NCBI GenBank assembly: GCA_010015805.1
Contig: ML978130.1
Span: 1,116,001 to 1,180,000 of the forward strand
Reading direction: 5' to 3'
Length of the DNA: 64,000 nucleotides
Origin: Rhizodiscina lignyota
Taxonomy: Eukaryota
How positions within the stretch are numbered: the stretch's first letter is position 1; the number at the start of each line of letters is the position of its first letter. The notes under the pieces were generated by a model. The model ran no database searches, had not been told where the DNA came from, and was given only the letters and a program-made list of their open reading frames with translations. The position numbers were made by a program, and so were the translations under genes. This document shows, piece after piece, positions 24,698 through 36,810 of this stretch.

Positions 24698-26018
24698 TCA
24701 ATTTAAATTTTCGACGACAACATATTCCATTCTTCTCGCCCTTTTCTCCTTCTTCATCTGCGTCTGCCGCCCTTTCTTGCTCATCTGATCAACCTTCTTG
24801 TCCAATTTGGTTTCAAGATCACTCTTTGCTGCAGCGTTCTTCTGCAATCTCGTCTGTCGCTTCTGTTCAATTTTGTCCGCTTCTGCTTTGCCAATTTCCA
24901 GTTCCACTTGAGCTTGGAGATTAATCTTCTCTACCTTTTCTTCTAGCTTCTGTAAATCATCCTCTAGCGACTCTATGCTAGAGTCAGACTCGAAGTCAGA
25001 GTCGGTTGAGGCGCCTCCGTCAAGGTAGCCTTCATGATCGAATGCAGCTCCGGCCTCAGAACCTGTTGCGTCCTTCCTCATACGGGCTATTCTTTCTTCT
25101 CTTTCATCAAGCTGTTTCTTCTTTTTCAGTAGTACTTTTTCACGTCTCTCAGCCTTCCATTTCAACTGCGTCTCACTGATCTTATCCAATGCAGACCTTT
25201 GACTTGTCGGTGAAGGCACATCTGTGTCCAGCGGCGCCGTGTACGACGCAAGAGCCGCCATTCTCCGATCACGTAACGATATCCGATTCAACTTGATATC
25301 GATTGGCATAATAGCCCTGCCACTGGTAGGGAAGCCCACCAAGTCCGCCAAGTCTTGGTCCTTCTTTATCGACACTTTTAGCCCACGAGGGGCAAAATAT
25401 TCCGAATTTGATCTTTGAAGAAATCGCCTTGTCCGCACAGCCGCTACAGCCATCATTCCTGCTCCGGCAACTACTTGCATACCCGTGCCGATCGTCATTG
25501 CAGTTATTTCCGGGGCGAACCCGACCACCATACCAGCCATATTAAGAGCGTGGAAAGGAGGTGAGCTGGCCTGAACGACTGAGAGGTTGTCAAGGAAGGC
25601 AAGAAACTCGGGTTCTCCGACGTCGTGGGTCTCCAGTACTGGGCTGTAGGCACGAAGGAACGAGAGAGGGAAGCGAAGGCGATGTGCAATATCAACTCTT
25701 GGGATCGCTACCGGCCTCTGCAGAATGGACTAATGTCAGTAATGTCACATCAAGAGCTGGTGGACTGAAATTGTGGTGAAGGAATAGAAGGCGAACCTCG
25801 AGGCGGACCGCGGTCGCTTTCCTCTCTCGTGTGTTGGACGGGGGAGAAGGTATCCATTCCAGGGTCTGTTCTAAGCGTACTGACTCTTGTTGAATCTGAT
25901 CTTCACTAAGAGTGGCCTCCGCTTCGAGGCCTTCCTCGCTGTTGGTGGGGAGCAATTCATGGAAATGCGGTTGGCGCTGCTTGCTTTTATCGCTGTTTGG
26001 ATTTGATGGCCTTTCCAT
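24698..26018 (-). CDS. Conserved fungal hypothetical protein with an acidic/coiled-coil C-terminus
   Basis: Intron 25718-25796 gives RPVAIPR...FLRAYSPVL..EFLAFLDNL. Also N.EYFAPRGLKV, a charged C-terminus and terminal YVVVENL. Confidence 0.8.
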
Positions 26019-27620
26019 TATTTAAACTTGAGGTTGATACAGAAATTGATGCTCTGTCTTTCGCAGAGTAATTAAGCTTGTTGGACGAATGATTTCAGCA
26101 GGGAAGTGGGAAATGAAACAGTCCGATTGCATATGGGTACGAAAAATGAAGGCTTTTGGATTCATTAAATAGCACTGCTTAAAAGTTCTCATACTTAGTA
26201 AATCAATCCTGGCCTCGCAACCCTGAGAAACACACATACATATCGTAGTGACCGAAGAATACCTACATCGCGATCTATCGGCCGGTAGAGGTCGGTCAAG
26301 TAATGTATCGGCTCCGGCGTCTTCGGAACCGGAAGGATAGAAGTGGGTCGGGCTGGAGGAACGTCCCCTCATCTCTTCTGCTGGTGACCCTTATCAACAA
26401 CTGCAATATCTTGTCAAGTATTGATCTGGGCGTTCTCTGAACGGTAATATCTCTATTGTCTCAATAACAGCTGCTCTTTGCGACACTTCAAACGCGGTAA
26501 ACAACTGCGATCTCACACCACAGCCGAATTTGCGTCAAACGAGAACGCATTGGAGATTGATCTTTCCACGCTGCCTGTCCATATCACACTACCAGTGGCA
26601 CACTCTCGATAGATGCATCTAACGGAATATCCAGTTCAGCTAGAATGACTGACAATCATCAATCAGCAATCAACCCGAACACGTCAACACAGTTAATCAA
26701 TCCACAGTTTCCACAGAAAAGCACCGTGAGGAACATACTTTGGCCGTATTTAACTTCGCACCATTCGCAAAAGGAGCTGTAGAGGACAACTTTATTCTCT
26801 CCCCATACGTAGCGATCTCTTCTATATCCTTATGCCTCGTGTTTCCCGGTGTTCGGCGGAACTTTTAAGTTTTCGCGCAAAAGCCGAAAATCTGACATAC
26901 TTCTGCGCGTGTCAGAGCCCACAAATGTAGCAGTTGCAGAAGAGGCCAGATACTCTGTATAATCCTCTGTTTCAGACCTGCTCTGAGGTGGATACGTAGC
27001 TCTTTCGGATCCTTCACCTCAACTCGGCTTGTCGGCTCAGCTGCATGGATTTTATCGGGAATTGCCTCCTGTTCCTCGACAAACGCACGAAGTGGAACCT
27101 CTCGGAAACCAATAGATCACAAAATCGTGAGCCTGGTGACATATAACTCACTCTGCTTAGCGCCTTGGTGGTGCCCTACATATTCTGATAGAGGCAAGGG
27201 AATTTCTCCTCGACATAGAGAGGCCATAGCCGCCGCGATGTAGCAAACAGCAGCAGTGAATCCTAACCAATTATGCTTGGTCATTCCCTTCGGCTTTTTG
27301 GATGCCTTGGCGGCAAAGGCATCCTTCACTGTTCCTTGTGACATCGCGCTGCATTTCGCTTCGGCGCTTGGGCATATTTGGGAAGTATATAACGGTGCGC
27401 TTTCATCGTAATATTGCTCTCTAGTGGATTATCGTTCTTTGGACAGTTGATGCGGCAACGACATCGAAAATCTCTTTAAAACTGCTATCTCAACCCTCTC
27501 AACCCAGAAGACCCAGCAGCTCTTAAACGCCCCCATTTGAATCACACTATCACAGGGATTCCCTCGCGAACACCCGGGACTTGGACAAAGAAGCAAAACG
27601 TCTCGCAGTATACGAGTATC

Positions 27621-28343
27621 ATGTTCCGCTGCTATCTCAGGACTTACTTCGGCCGAGTGCCAGCGGTCTACATCCAAGGCGCTGGATTTATAGAAAAAGA
27701 CAACGCATGGGACTTCATTGATCCAGAGTCCATGTACCGCTTGCCTGTCGCGCGGTCTTCTCTCGATGAAGTACCGGTTCTGTGGCGACTCGAAGATGGC
27801 AGTACTACGAGAGAAATACCCGCCAACTTCCCCCAACCGAAGCAAGAGGTGGTCACCCAGGCCAGAATTGCGCTCATGCAGGGTTCTGTACTAGGTAAAC
27901 TCCATTATGGGGACTACATCGCCGAAATGCGCCAGCGTCGAGAACAGGCGTACGACGCCAATCCGGGCCGCCGTCCTGGCTTTCGAGCGATTGCGGATGC
28001 AGCACCACCTCAACCTCGACTTGCTATTACCGCGGGGCCTGAAGGCACGGGTGCTGAAGTTCCCGCGATTGAAGGCGGTGCGATGGGCGGAGGGGCTATT
28101 GCTGGTGGCATGGGTGGAGGGCGAATGGCAGGTGCTATGATGGGGGAAGCAATGCTGGGCGGGATGGAAGAAGAGATGCAGGGTATGGGAGGGAATCATA
28201 TGATGGGTGGCATGGATGTAGATCCGGCGATGGATGGCGGTATGGATGAAATGTACGCTGGACCACCTAGGCGTCGTCCAGGTGCCGGTGGACCTCCTGG
28301 GATGCCTCCTCCCTATCCTGGACGACCTAGAGGCTACTATTGA
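27621..28343 (+). CDS. Hypothetical protein with a Gly/Met- and Pro-rich low-complexity C-terminus
   Basis: Long ORF, first in-frame ATG at 27621. Ordered-looking N-terminal part followed by GGM-type repeats. Confidence 0.65.
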   Translation: MFRCYLRTYFGRVPAVYIQGAGFIEKDNAWDFIDPESMYRLPVARSSLDEVPVLWRLEDGSTTREIPANFPQPKQEVVTQARIALMQGSVLGKLHYGDYIAEMRQRREQAYDANPGRRPGFRAIADAAPPQPRLAITAGPEGTGAEVPAIEGGAMGGGAIAGGMGGGRMAGAMMGEAMLGGMEEEMQGMGGNHMMGGMDVDPAMDGGMDEMYAGPPRRRPGAGGPPGMPPPYPGRPRGYY

Positions 28344-29107
28344 TTATAATACCTCTATGATTTAAACAGGAAGGCTTCGGAGGATTCCTCTCCTTATTAG
28401 TTGTATTGTGGCACAGCCGGCGTTTAGCTTGATTGTACAGGGAGTTGGAATTCTACTACGGAAAGGAGTTGTTTCTCGAGATACGATGGTACATATAGAG
28501 ATATTCGATGATGTAAAGTTACTGAGGCCTTGGTTCTCCGTGCAGCAGTTCAGCAGGAGTATCACATGGGTGGGGCGGGTCTTTTTGCGCTAAACCATCT
28601 TCGAACGGCTGCATGCCTCTGCTCCAGGATGCGACATGGGCTCCTGGACGAGATTTCTGCCATCACCACTCTCTCATGAGCGATTTAATCCATTTGAAAG
28701 GGTAATCATGCTGCCCGTTGCATAGCAATCACAATGCCGCAACTCAGCTTTCTAGGTCTACTCACAATATGCCACTCATCCCAGGTATGTTGTACGGAAC
28801 CTGTCACTCTATCCAGCCACCAGGGGCGCAGCACGCGGCCTCAACAAAAGCGAGACCAATGAAATCGAACAAAATCCTACCGGTCGCTCGAAATGGAATT
28901 GAGAGGCCTGTGTGCCAGTCCGCATCCCTGCCTTGTTTGCCTGTTGATTGTAGCCTGGTAGTAACCTCAGCCTTTTTGCATCTCGCGAAACGTAGCTCGC
29001 CCTATATATTGAACGGCATTGCAACTAAGCGCTCTTCTCTTGACATCTCTCTGCACACTTGAAACTCTCTGGTCTCTCTTATACAGCTACCGCATAAATC
29101 CGTACAG

Positions 29108-31114
29108 ATGTCTTCATCAGTATCAATCACAAATGGGATTAACCCCAAGCCCGACACCCACGAAACCAACGGAACTTCACCGACAACCAACGAGCCTGGC
29201 CAGAAGAAGGAAACTGAAACTGGCGACGATTCCCCTCTGGGAAGTGTTTGCGAAGTCAAATGCCTTGCTGAAAGGACAAGCAAGACGGGCCAAGTTGAAC
29301 TTGTGGAGCGAGACGCTCCTGCGACCGGCGAAAAAACGGAGCATTCCAAGTATGCGGTCGTGTCCAAGCAAGTCTTCAACAATGAAGGAAAGCTCGAAAA
29401 GACAATTCTGGAAATCAATTCTCCTCAGCTACTCGAGGCTCTCCGCGACACGGTTGAGTTCTATCCTGCCGAACCGCTCTCATTCGAGACGAAAGCAACA
29501 TATGAGAACCCGTTCATGCTCTTGAATCACTACGCCAAAGACCTTGAGCAATATGGAGACCGCACTGCAGATGCATCAAAGAAGAACCACATCGCACTGC
29601 TCATGCGTGTGCTCACTTCTGAAGCAGGCGATGGAGGCATCGAAGCTTCCAAATTGATCCAGTCTGGTCTCATATCTTTCAAGTCTCTCTGGCGACTCTT
29701 TAGACCCGGTGAGCTCTTCTACAGTGAAGAGTATGGCTACGGGCGACTTTCTGTCGTTCAGAAAATCGGGTACGGATCAGACCCGCAAAATGGCCCCTAT
29801 TTGGAGGTGTCCGTCTCGTTCACCGCCCATGATGGGGTCAGGGCCGGAACAGCCTTGGAGCGCGTCAAAATCTATGAGAATAGAGACTTCGTTGGTGGCA
29901 GCTCATCGAAGATCACATCGCTTCCACTGTATCCGCTCGAATTTGTAAGTAACCAGCAGGAAGTCATTGATCGATTAACCGATCGCGGCCACCGCTATTT
30001 AAAAATTGGCGGGAAGGGGATATTCCAATATGACGGTCTCCATCAGTATCTTAAGCCACCACCGGAAGACTTCTACGACGAGTGCTCTTCATTCTCCGGA
30101 AAATGGCTTCCACAGACTGGATCGGGCCGTGTCGTCATTGATGCGAAGACCTTCTCGGAAGAGGAAGCGAAGCAGAAACACAGCATCTTTAACGTTATGA
30201 CGAGGGCACGAAAGGGAGAGACTCCAGAGCAGGAGACATTCAAGAGTCTTGATGTTGATCCGAAACTTGCACCGCCATTTGTCTTCGGCTACAATCTTGA
30301 CACGAAGCGATGGTGCAAGTTCTACGTTGACTTGCTTGAGCCCGTGAACTGGAACCCAGACGCCATGGAGAGGCTCATCATTCCCCCGATGCAGAAGAGA
30401 CTCATCTCCTCCCTTATCAGCGCCCACGAGTTTCCTGAGCATGCAAGGAATGAAGAGCAGCTGAAAGGCAAAGGACTGATCATCTTGCTCCACGGTACTC
30501 CAGGATCAGGCAAGACACTCACAGCAGAAGTAGCGGCAGAGCATACCCAACGACCGCTCTTGAAGATCTCCACTGGTGAACTCGGAAACTATGGGCCGCT
30601 CATCTCAGTGGCATTGAGGAAACTGCTAGCATATGCCTCTATGTGGCGTGCTTTTGTGCTTATTGACGAGGCCGATGTATTCCTTGAGACACGAGTCACT
30701 GGTGCTGATGCTCTACAGCACAACAACCTTGTGGCTGTATTCTTGCGTCAGCTCGAGTACTTCCAAGGGATCCTCTTTTTGACGTCGAACCGCGTCGGAA
30801 TGTTCGATCCAGCAATTCAAAGTCGAATTCACCTTGCGCTTCAGTACGACGCCCCTGACGAAGAGCGGAGGATGAGGTTGTGGAAGCAGGGTCTCATGGC
30901 TGTTCCTGAACATGAGAGAAATGCGGAATTATTCGATGGGCTGTGGGAGCTTGCGAAACCTGGGCTTAACGGAAGAGAGATATCAAACAGCATCAACACT
31001 GCGAAGACTCTGGCTAAGGGCGAGAAGAGCAAGATGTCTTTGGACCATCTTCAGACTGTGCTTGGCGTGTGGTCCGAATTCCAAACTGCGGTTAAGACTT
31101 CATTCAGCACTTGA
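29108..31114 (+). CDS. AAA+ ATPase (fungal family with long N-terminal extension)
   Basis: Intronless 668 aa. Walker A HGTPGSGKT, Walker B VLIDEAD, FLRQLEYFQGILFLTSNR, FDPAIQSRIH, LNGREI. Confidence 0.93.
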   Translation: MSSSVSITNGINPKPDTHETNGTSPTTNEPGQKKETETGDDSPLGSVCEVKCLAERTSKTGQVELVERDAPATGEKTEHSKYAVVSKQVFNNEGKLEKTILEINSPQLLEALRDTVEFYPAEPLSFETKATYENPFMLLNHYAKDLEQYGDRTADASKKNHIALLMRVLTSEAGDGGIEASKLIQSGLISFKSLWRLFRPGELFYSEEYGYGRLSVVQKIGYGSDPQNGPYLEVSVSFTAHDGVRAGTALERVKIYENRDFVGGSSSKITSLPLYPLEFVSNQQEVIDRLTDRGHRYLKIGGKGIFQYDGLHQYLKPPPEDFYDECSSFSGKWLPQTGSGRVVIDAKTFSEEEAKQKHSIFNVMTRARKGETPEQETFKSLDVDPKLAPPFVFGYNLDTKRWCKFYVDLLEPVNWNPDAMERLIIPPMQKRLISSLISAHEFPEHARNEEQLKGKGLIILLHGTPGSGKTLTAEVAAEHTQRPLLKISTGELGNYGPLISVALRKLLAYASMWRAFVLIDEADVFLETRVTGADALQHNNLVAVFLRQLEYFQGILFLTSNRVGMFDPAIQSRIHLALQYDAPDEERRMRLWKQGLMAVPEHERNAELFDGLWELAKPGLNGREISNSINTAKTLAKGEKSKMSLDHLQTVLGVWSEFQTAVKTSFST

Positions 31115-31360
31115 GTTTTCACTCAACGATATCCGTAGGAAGATGTAGACACTTTCCTTTACTGCTGATTCCCCGCCAGGGCTCTGCGAAATCCTCCCGA
31201 TTTTCATGGTCTCAGATAGCTGAGCTGTCCTGTCCTTTGAGGTTTGTACTTCTGGTTCAAATACAATCTTTATTATTTTGGGTTATGCTTCATTGCTATG
31301 TACGCCCTGTCGTTGCTTGACAAAGCAAAAGGTGGTGAACAATGGTGAGTACCTTCACGC

Positions 31361-31833
31361 TCACTTGTCGGCCGGATCCAATGGTTTTTGGCCCTCGCTC
31401 TCGACAGCCTGTCTCTTCGACTCCGCAGGCTCGTTCGGGTCTCTCTTTACATTCTCTTGCGACGGCTGTGGCTCCTCTTGCTGTCCGATGCTGCTTTGGC
31501 TGGGATTAGACACTGGTGTCTGGGCAGACTTGGTGTCCGGGCTGCCCTGGCTTGCATCTGTGGCCCGGCTGCTGTTTACCTTCCCCGCATCGGAGCTGGA
31601 GCTGGTTGGGTTTGTCGGACGGACATTCGATGCGGTGCCTGGAGAGGCTTCAGGGCTTGCTTGTGCATTAGATGATGCGGCACGGATTTGCAATGCTGTG
31701 AAAAGAGTTTGAAATTAGTTGAAGCGCTTTACACTACGTTTGAATAAGACCTACCTGCAGGGTAGAAGACCGGCGACCGAATCTGTAACGCGGGACTTGC
31801 GGTGCGTAGGCTTCTAATGTAACGAGAATGCAT
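31361..31833 (-). CDS. Small hydrophilic protein, possibly mitochondrially targeted
   Basis: ATG at 31833 and intron 31696-31754 give MHSRYIRSLRTASPALQIRSP... (Arg/Ser-rich, no acidic residues), followed by a disordered tail ending ENVKRDPNEPAESKR. Confidence 0.7.
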
Positions 31834-33926
31834 TTTGGAGAAGCGGAGAGGGTCTGATCTGTAGTTAAGAGATGGGGGAGAGTGAAAGCTTAGTTTTTGT
31901 CTGAAAAAGGTCTCTTGATAAAATTTCTAACTTCTCTCGACCTGAGGTCATTTCTATCGATCATGACGCTATTCAGCGTACGTTGCATTTAATACATACA
32001 TGCGGGATCTGTACCTGCATCCGTTGTTGTCGTCAACTTGACGTATGCTCTAACCTACATAGCCTTGACAAAGCGTCCTCCGTTTTTCAAGTGCAACGCC
32101 AGGAGATACCTTATTTCAAAGCCATTCGTTCCATGTTACGGTAGTCAATTTGACGACGCGTCTATGGAGTAGCAATGAATCACACTGCCTCCGACGTGAT
32201 CGATTTCTGATTGGAGGGGCAGCCTCCCGGGCCTAGGCCCCGCCCCACCTAGGTTTAAGTGCACTGCCATGCAGTGCGGTACCCCTTAGTTATATATACA
32301 TAACTTCCCACTATGTACTCAGCTTAACGCCTTCTATACCGCCAAACATTCTGTACCTCTAGTGCAATGGCACTCCGACATTCGTATCTCATTTCATATG
32401 GGTTTTCGCCTGCGACAATGGCTCCTGTTCTACCACTTCTTCGAACATATCGATGGGATACGACTTATCTTCATCTGTGCGATGAGGCTAGCTCTGTTCG
32501 CGTCCGCGAACTTGCAATTGGACTGTAGTCATGACGCTATCTAGTAGTCGCTCATTAGCTTCCAAACCTTAAAACGGCGGCCTAATTTTCGAGTTGTATT
32601 GGTATTTCTGCTGCCACCACCTAGACAGAGGCAGACGCAATCCAAGGTTCCGGCTGAAAGGTTCATTGAAGGACAAAGAGAATTGTATGAGAACCTGGGG
32701 TACAAGAGTCATTTTCCATTCTTTTATTCCGTAATAGTGCTGTGCGGTTTACTCTCAAGTGTCTTTCCTTCTTTTTTTCAACAGCATCATTCAAGCGAAA
32801 CAGCAAACATGGTCGCGCAGGATGATTACGGTGGTGCTTCCCATCTTGGCTTAAAGCGTTCCCCAATCCTCATTCTCTATTGAAAGCGTTACAACTAGTT
32901 CAATCAGCTACATCATCGCTCAATATGCTCGATACGGTCATATCCGCTATTTCCTTCATTCTCAACGTTCTGCAATACCTGGCGAATACGATGTTATTCT
33001 GCGTCTTAGTCCTGTTCTTTGTGGCAATTATCGACTATTTGAATGCCATTATCGGAATCCTCAAGGCGATTCGCAAATTCCGCAACACTGATGTTCACGG
33101 GTTCGCGAGGCTGTTGCAGGGATCTGTGAGTATTAGAATCCTATTCGTCTAAGAGCCAATCTTGCTGGGAGTTACGGTAGCCGCAGTCGCATGACACATC
33201 AAGAGCGGATGAATCAAAGTTCCGTGAGTGGGGGACGTGCAAAAAGAAGTTAGTGACGGGGGTCTTGAGAAGGAAAGAATGCTGTGGGGAGTGATGGAAA
33301 GGGCAGACAATGGGGCGGAAACTGAGGGTGTGCGGATAATTGCGGTGTGAGACACGGCATCTGGGTTGAAATAAAGCAAAAGTTAGATCGGCGAGATATG
33401 GAAGCAATATCGCAGCGAATACGACACTACGCTTCGATGGAGCGAGTATGCTACATGACGCGAGCCGAAAAATGAATACATAAGCAGTGAGTGGGTTGTT
33501 GGAAAGACGCTCGGGTTCGGGTTCCCAAGCTTTAGGAAACGGACGCAGATCATATCGAACCGCAGCTCGAATGTGATTGGACAGACGCATAACATTACAA
33601 ATCTCTCCTCAATACTGGTATGTGCAGGAAACAATTGTGCTCGAGCTAGTCTCATACTTTGGAAAGATCGCTAGTGATGTCTCGCCGATTAGCTGCGCAC
33701 GCGTTCAAAAGCCCTTCAAAAAGAGCATGCTCGTCGGCGTTCTATATGTGAATAGTATGGTTAATATATTTAGTTGAGCTAATCAGGACAGCAGCAGCCT
33801 GCTGTCAAAAATATATATCAGGCGCCCTTTCAGTCCTCTTCGGAATAGGACTACTGCAACTACTCTGCGATCGTTACGGTCGTAAAGCTTGACAAAACAT
33901 AACAAATTAAACACCCAAAATGAAGA

Positions 33927-35677
33927 TTACCGCTTTTCGCTGCGCTGACTCAGACGATGCTCGGAAGCAAGCGCTTTGTCCGTACTTCGATGTTTGATGA
34001 ACAGAGAGGAAAGTCCGCCGAGGGCCGCAAGTATCGTCAGTACCAGAAAGACGGTTTGTATTCCTTTTGCATACGCTACGTTGTACGCGTGGCGGGCCGG
34101 TGAAGATGTAGGCATGCTGTGCAGTATCGTGACAAACCCTTCCGAATCTGTCGCAGCACCAGGAGGGAGATGAAGATTCTTAAGCTCTTGTTCCAAACGA
34201 TTCTGAAAGACTGCGCTACCGATTGCGACTCCGACGCAGAAGCCGAACGAGCGAAGGAAGGTGTACATGGCGGTGGCGTAAGCGACGATTTTGGGGTCCG
34301 TGACGGCTTGGATCGAGTATCCGACAGCCATGAGGATAAGTCCGTGCCCGCCACCGACAACGCAAAAGATTACGACCCACACCCAAGTCTTGGTATCGGC
34401 ATCGAGAAGGATTAGCAATCCCTGGGATAGAATCGTGATTGTCCATCCAACCCATATGGCGGGCCGGAAGACGCCGTATTTGCGCATGAGCGCGCCAACG
34501 ATGGCGCTTGAGGGTAGAAGGATGACCGTGACTGGCATGCACCCAACTCCGGTTAGAAGGGGAGAGAAGTCTTGAGTTACCCGAAGATACAAAGGAATAT
34601 AGTAAAGGATACAGAATAGCTGCACGACTAGTTAGCCACGGTACCAAGAACTGTAAAAGGAAGCTATAGCTTACTAGCATTCCCTGTGTGAAAGCTCCAA
34701 AATATGCGGCAACACTAGAGACGTTTGAAAAGATAGATAATCGGAGAAATGGCGTTGATGTTCCATAAACCTCCCAGATAATCGATGCTCCAACTCCAGC
34801 AGCACCGAGAATGAGCGGGACCAGGGTGTGCCAGCTATCCCAAGGGAACTGCGAACCTCCCCACAGAACGCCGATGAGGAAGCTGGTCGTGCTTGCGATG
34901 AAGAGGAATGCTCCGACCCAATCCACTTCCAAGAAGAGCTTGAAGCTAAAGGCACGAGGCGCCTCCAGTTTCACAACAAGCGGCGCCATGATCAGTGATA
35001 TGGCGCATATTGGGAAGTTGAGATAGAAGACCCAACGCCATGTTGTGCTTTGCGCAATTGCTCCTCCGAGAAGTGGGCCGGAGACAGTTCCAACTGCCCA
35101 AGCGGCCTGGACAATGGCGATGAAGCTCGGCCGCTGCCTGAGGGGTATGATGTCTGTTAGGATAACCTGGGCGAAAGCAATGACGCCGCCTCCACCAACG
35201 CCTTGCACACATCTACCCGCGAGCAGTTGCGTGAAGTTTGGGGCCGTACAACAGACTATCGTTCCGATGGTAAACAGTGCAAGGGATACGATAAGCAGTG
35301 GCCGGCGTCCGAATATGTCCGATAGTGAGACGATGAAACACTGGAAAACGGCGCTTGTGAGGAGGTACGTGGTGCCGATCCAGAACGCCTCGGTCGACGT
35401 GCCATGCAGATCTCTTGTGATTTCCTGCTCTCCATTAGTTCTGCATCAAAGAGAATAATCAATTGTGACAAACCGGTAATATAGTGACAAATATCGTGGC
35501 ATCAAGTGAGACGATGAGAGATGCCAGGGCGAGACAGCTCACAACCAAATACTCCGCCCGGTTTGGTTTCCATTCGGGCTCTGATTCTTTCGCTATCTCG
35601 ACGTCCTTGGGGGGAGAGAGATCACCAACACGTTCATCTTTTGTGAAGTAACTGGACGGTGTAGGGCGCGGAGCCAT
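33927..35677 (-). CDS. MFS drug:H+ antiporter (DHA2, 14-TM type)
   Basis: Introns 35425-35473 and 34620-34674. Motifs SLDATI, SDIFGRR, QGVGGGG, TDIIPLRQR, WRWVFYLNFP. Confidence 0.93.
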
Positions 35678-36810
35678 AGTGGAATGCCACTTCGCAATTC
35701 AATCAATCCGTCAACGTTGTTGAATGTGAAACGGCATGGAAGAGACTGGGTTGAAATGTTGCAGAGCCGATGGACAGAAAGAGGAATATCAACATAGGGA
35801 GCAACGATACCCTGCATATGTATACTATCACTCAAATTGCAGAAGCCTCGTAAGGCCGGGCCTTTCTAGACTACTTACGCCGCCATTGTGCATCTACGAT
35901 AGCCTGGAACGGGACCATCTCCGCCAACGAAAGGTGCAGTCCGTTCATACCGGACTATCCAGCAGGATCTGCGGACTTGCTCTGGTGATTTCTCTAGTTC
36001 TCAGTCAGTGGTGGAGGCTGGGGCTGATAGCAGAGACGAACGCACCTGCGGATCGGTCCAACCCGCGAGTCAAGGTCAAAGGCTACTTCATCGGATTGGT
36101 TTGAAGGATGCGGAATATGCAGAGCATACCCGCTTGGAGCAGCAAGGATGACGCGAGCGCACCGTATGGACCGCACGATGCGAGAGCCATCGTAGCCCCG
36201 GCGGAATCGACATGTGTGCATTCCGGTAAGGAAATACGACATGAAGACATAAATGACGTTGCGAAATGGAGGTTGATAACTGGCGCATGGGGCTGAAGTC
36301 GCGGATTCAGAAACCGCGTCGGGCTAGTGCGGACTCAGTTAGCCTATGTTCCTAAATAAAACGTGGCGGCTCTCGCACGGGCGACGGAATTGTGCCTCGA
36401 TCGAGGGACAGCCACCATGTCATATTAGAGTCGCAATACTCCACTATCTCACGTCAAGACGGGAAAAATAAGCTTAAGATAGCAATGCTAGAATCTCATT
36501 GTTCAAGTAGCGCACGGCGGTGCTCCCATAACCAAAGCATGCGGCCCCGCCATGAAGATTTTTGAGGCAGTGCTCGCGATTCGTTGCTGTAGAACTGAAT
36601 GTCAAATCTTGTCAGGATCGGCGGGAAAGCACACTATTCTACTTTAGCACCAGGTGCTTGGTCGGCATTAATTGTCTTACTCACCTTTGAGGCTATAAAG
36701 CTAGCATATTGAAGTATACATATGAGACGTATGGCGACGTAGAATCCCATGCGTAATTTAATATTCCATTCGTTCATTCGTTTCAATTTTCAGCCTTATC
36801 TGCCCGCCGG

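Noticed and set aside
32880..33152. Hydrophobic 90 aa ORF
   Set aside because: TTG start, short, no family support; cannot be distinguished from chance.
33788..33807. 8-bp inverted repeat GACAGCAG...CTGCTGTC
   Set aside because: Isolated and short; expected by chance in 64 kb.
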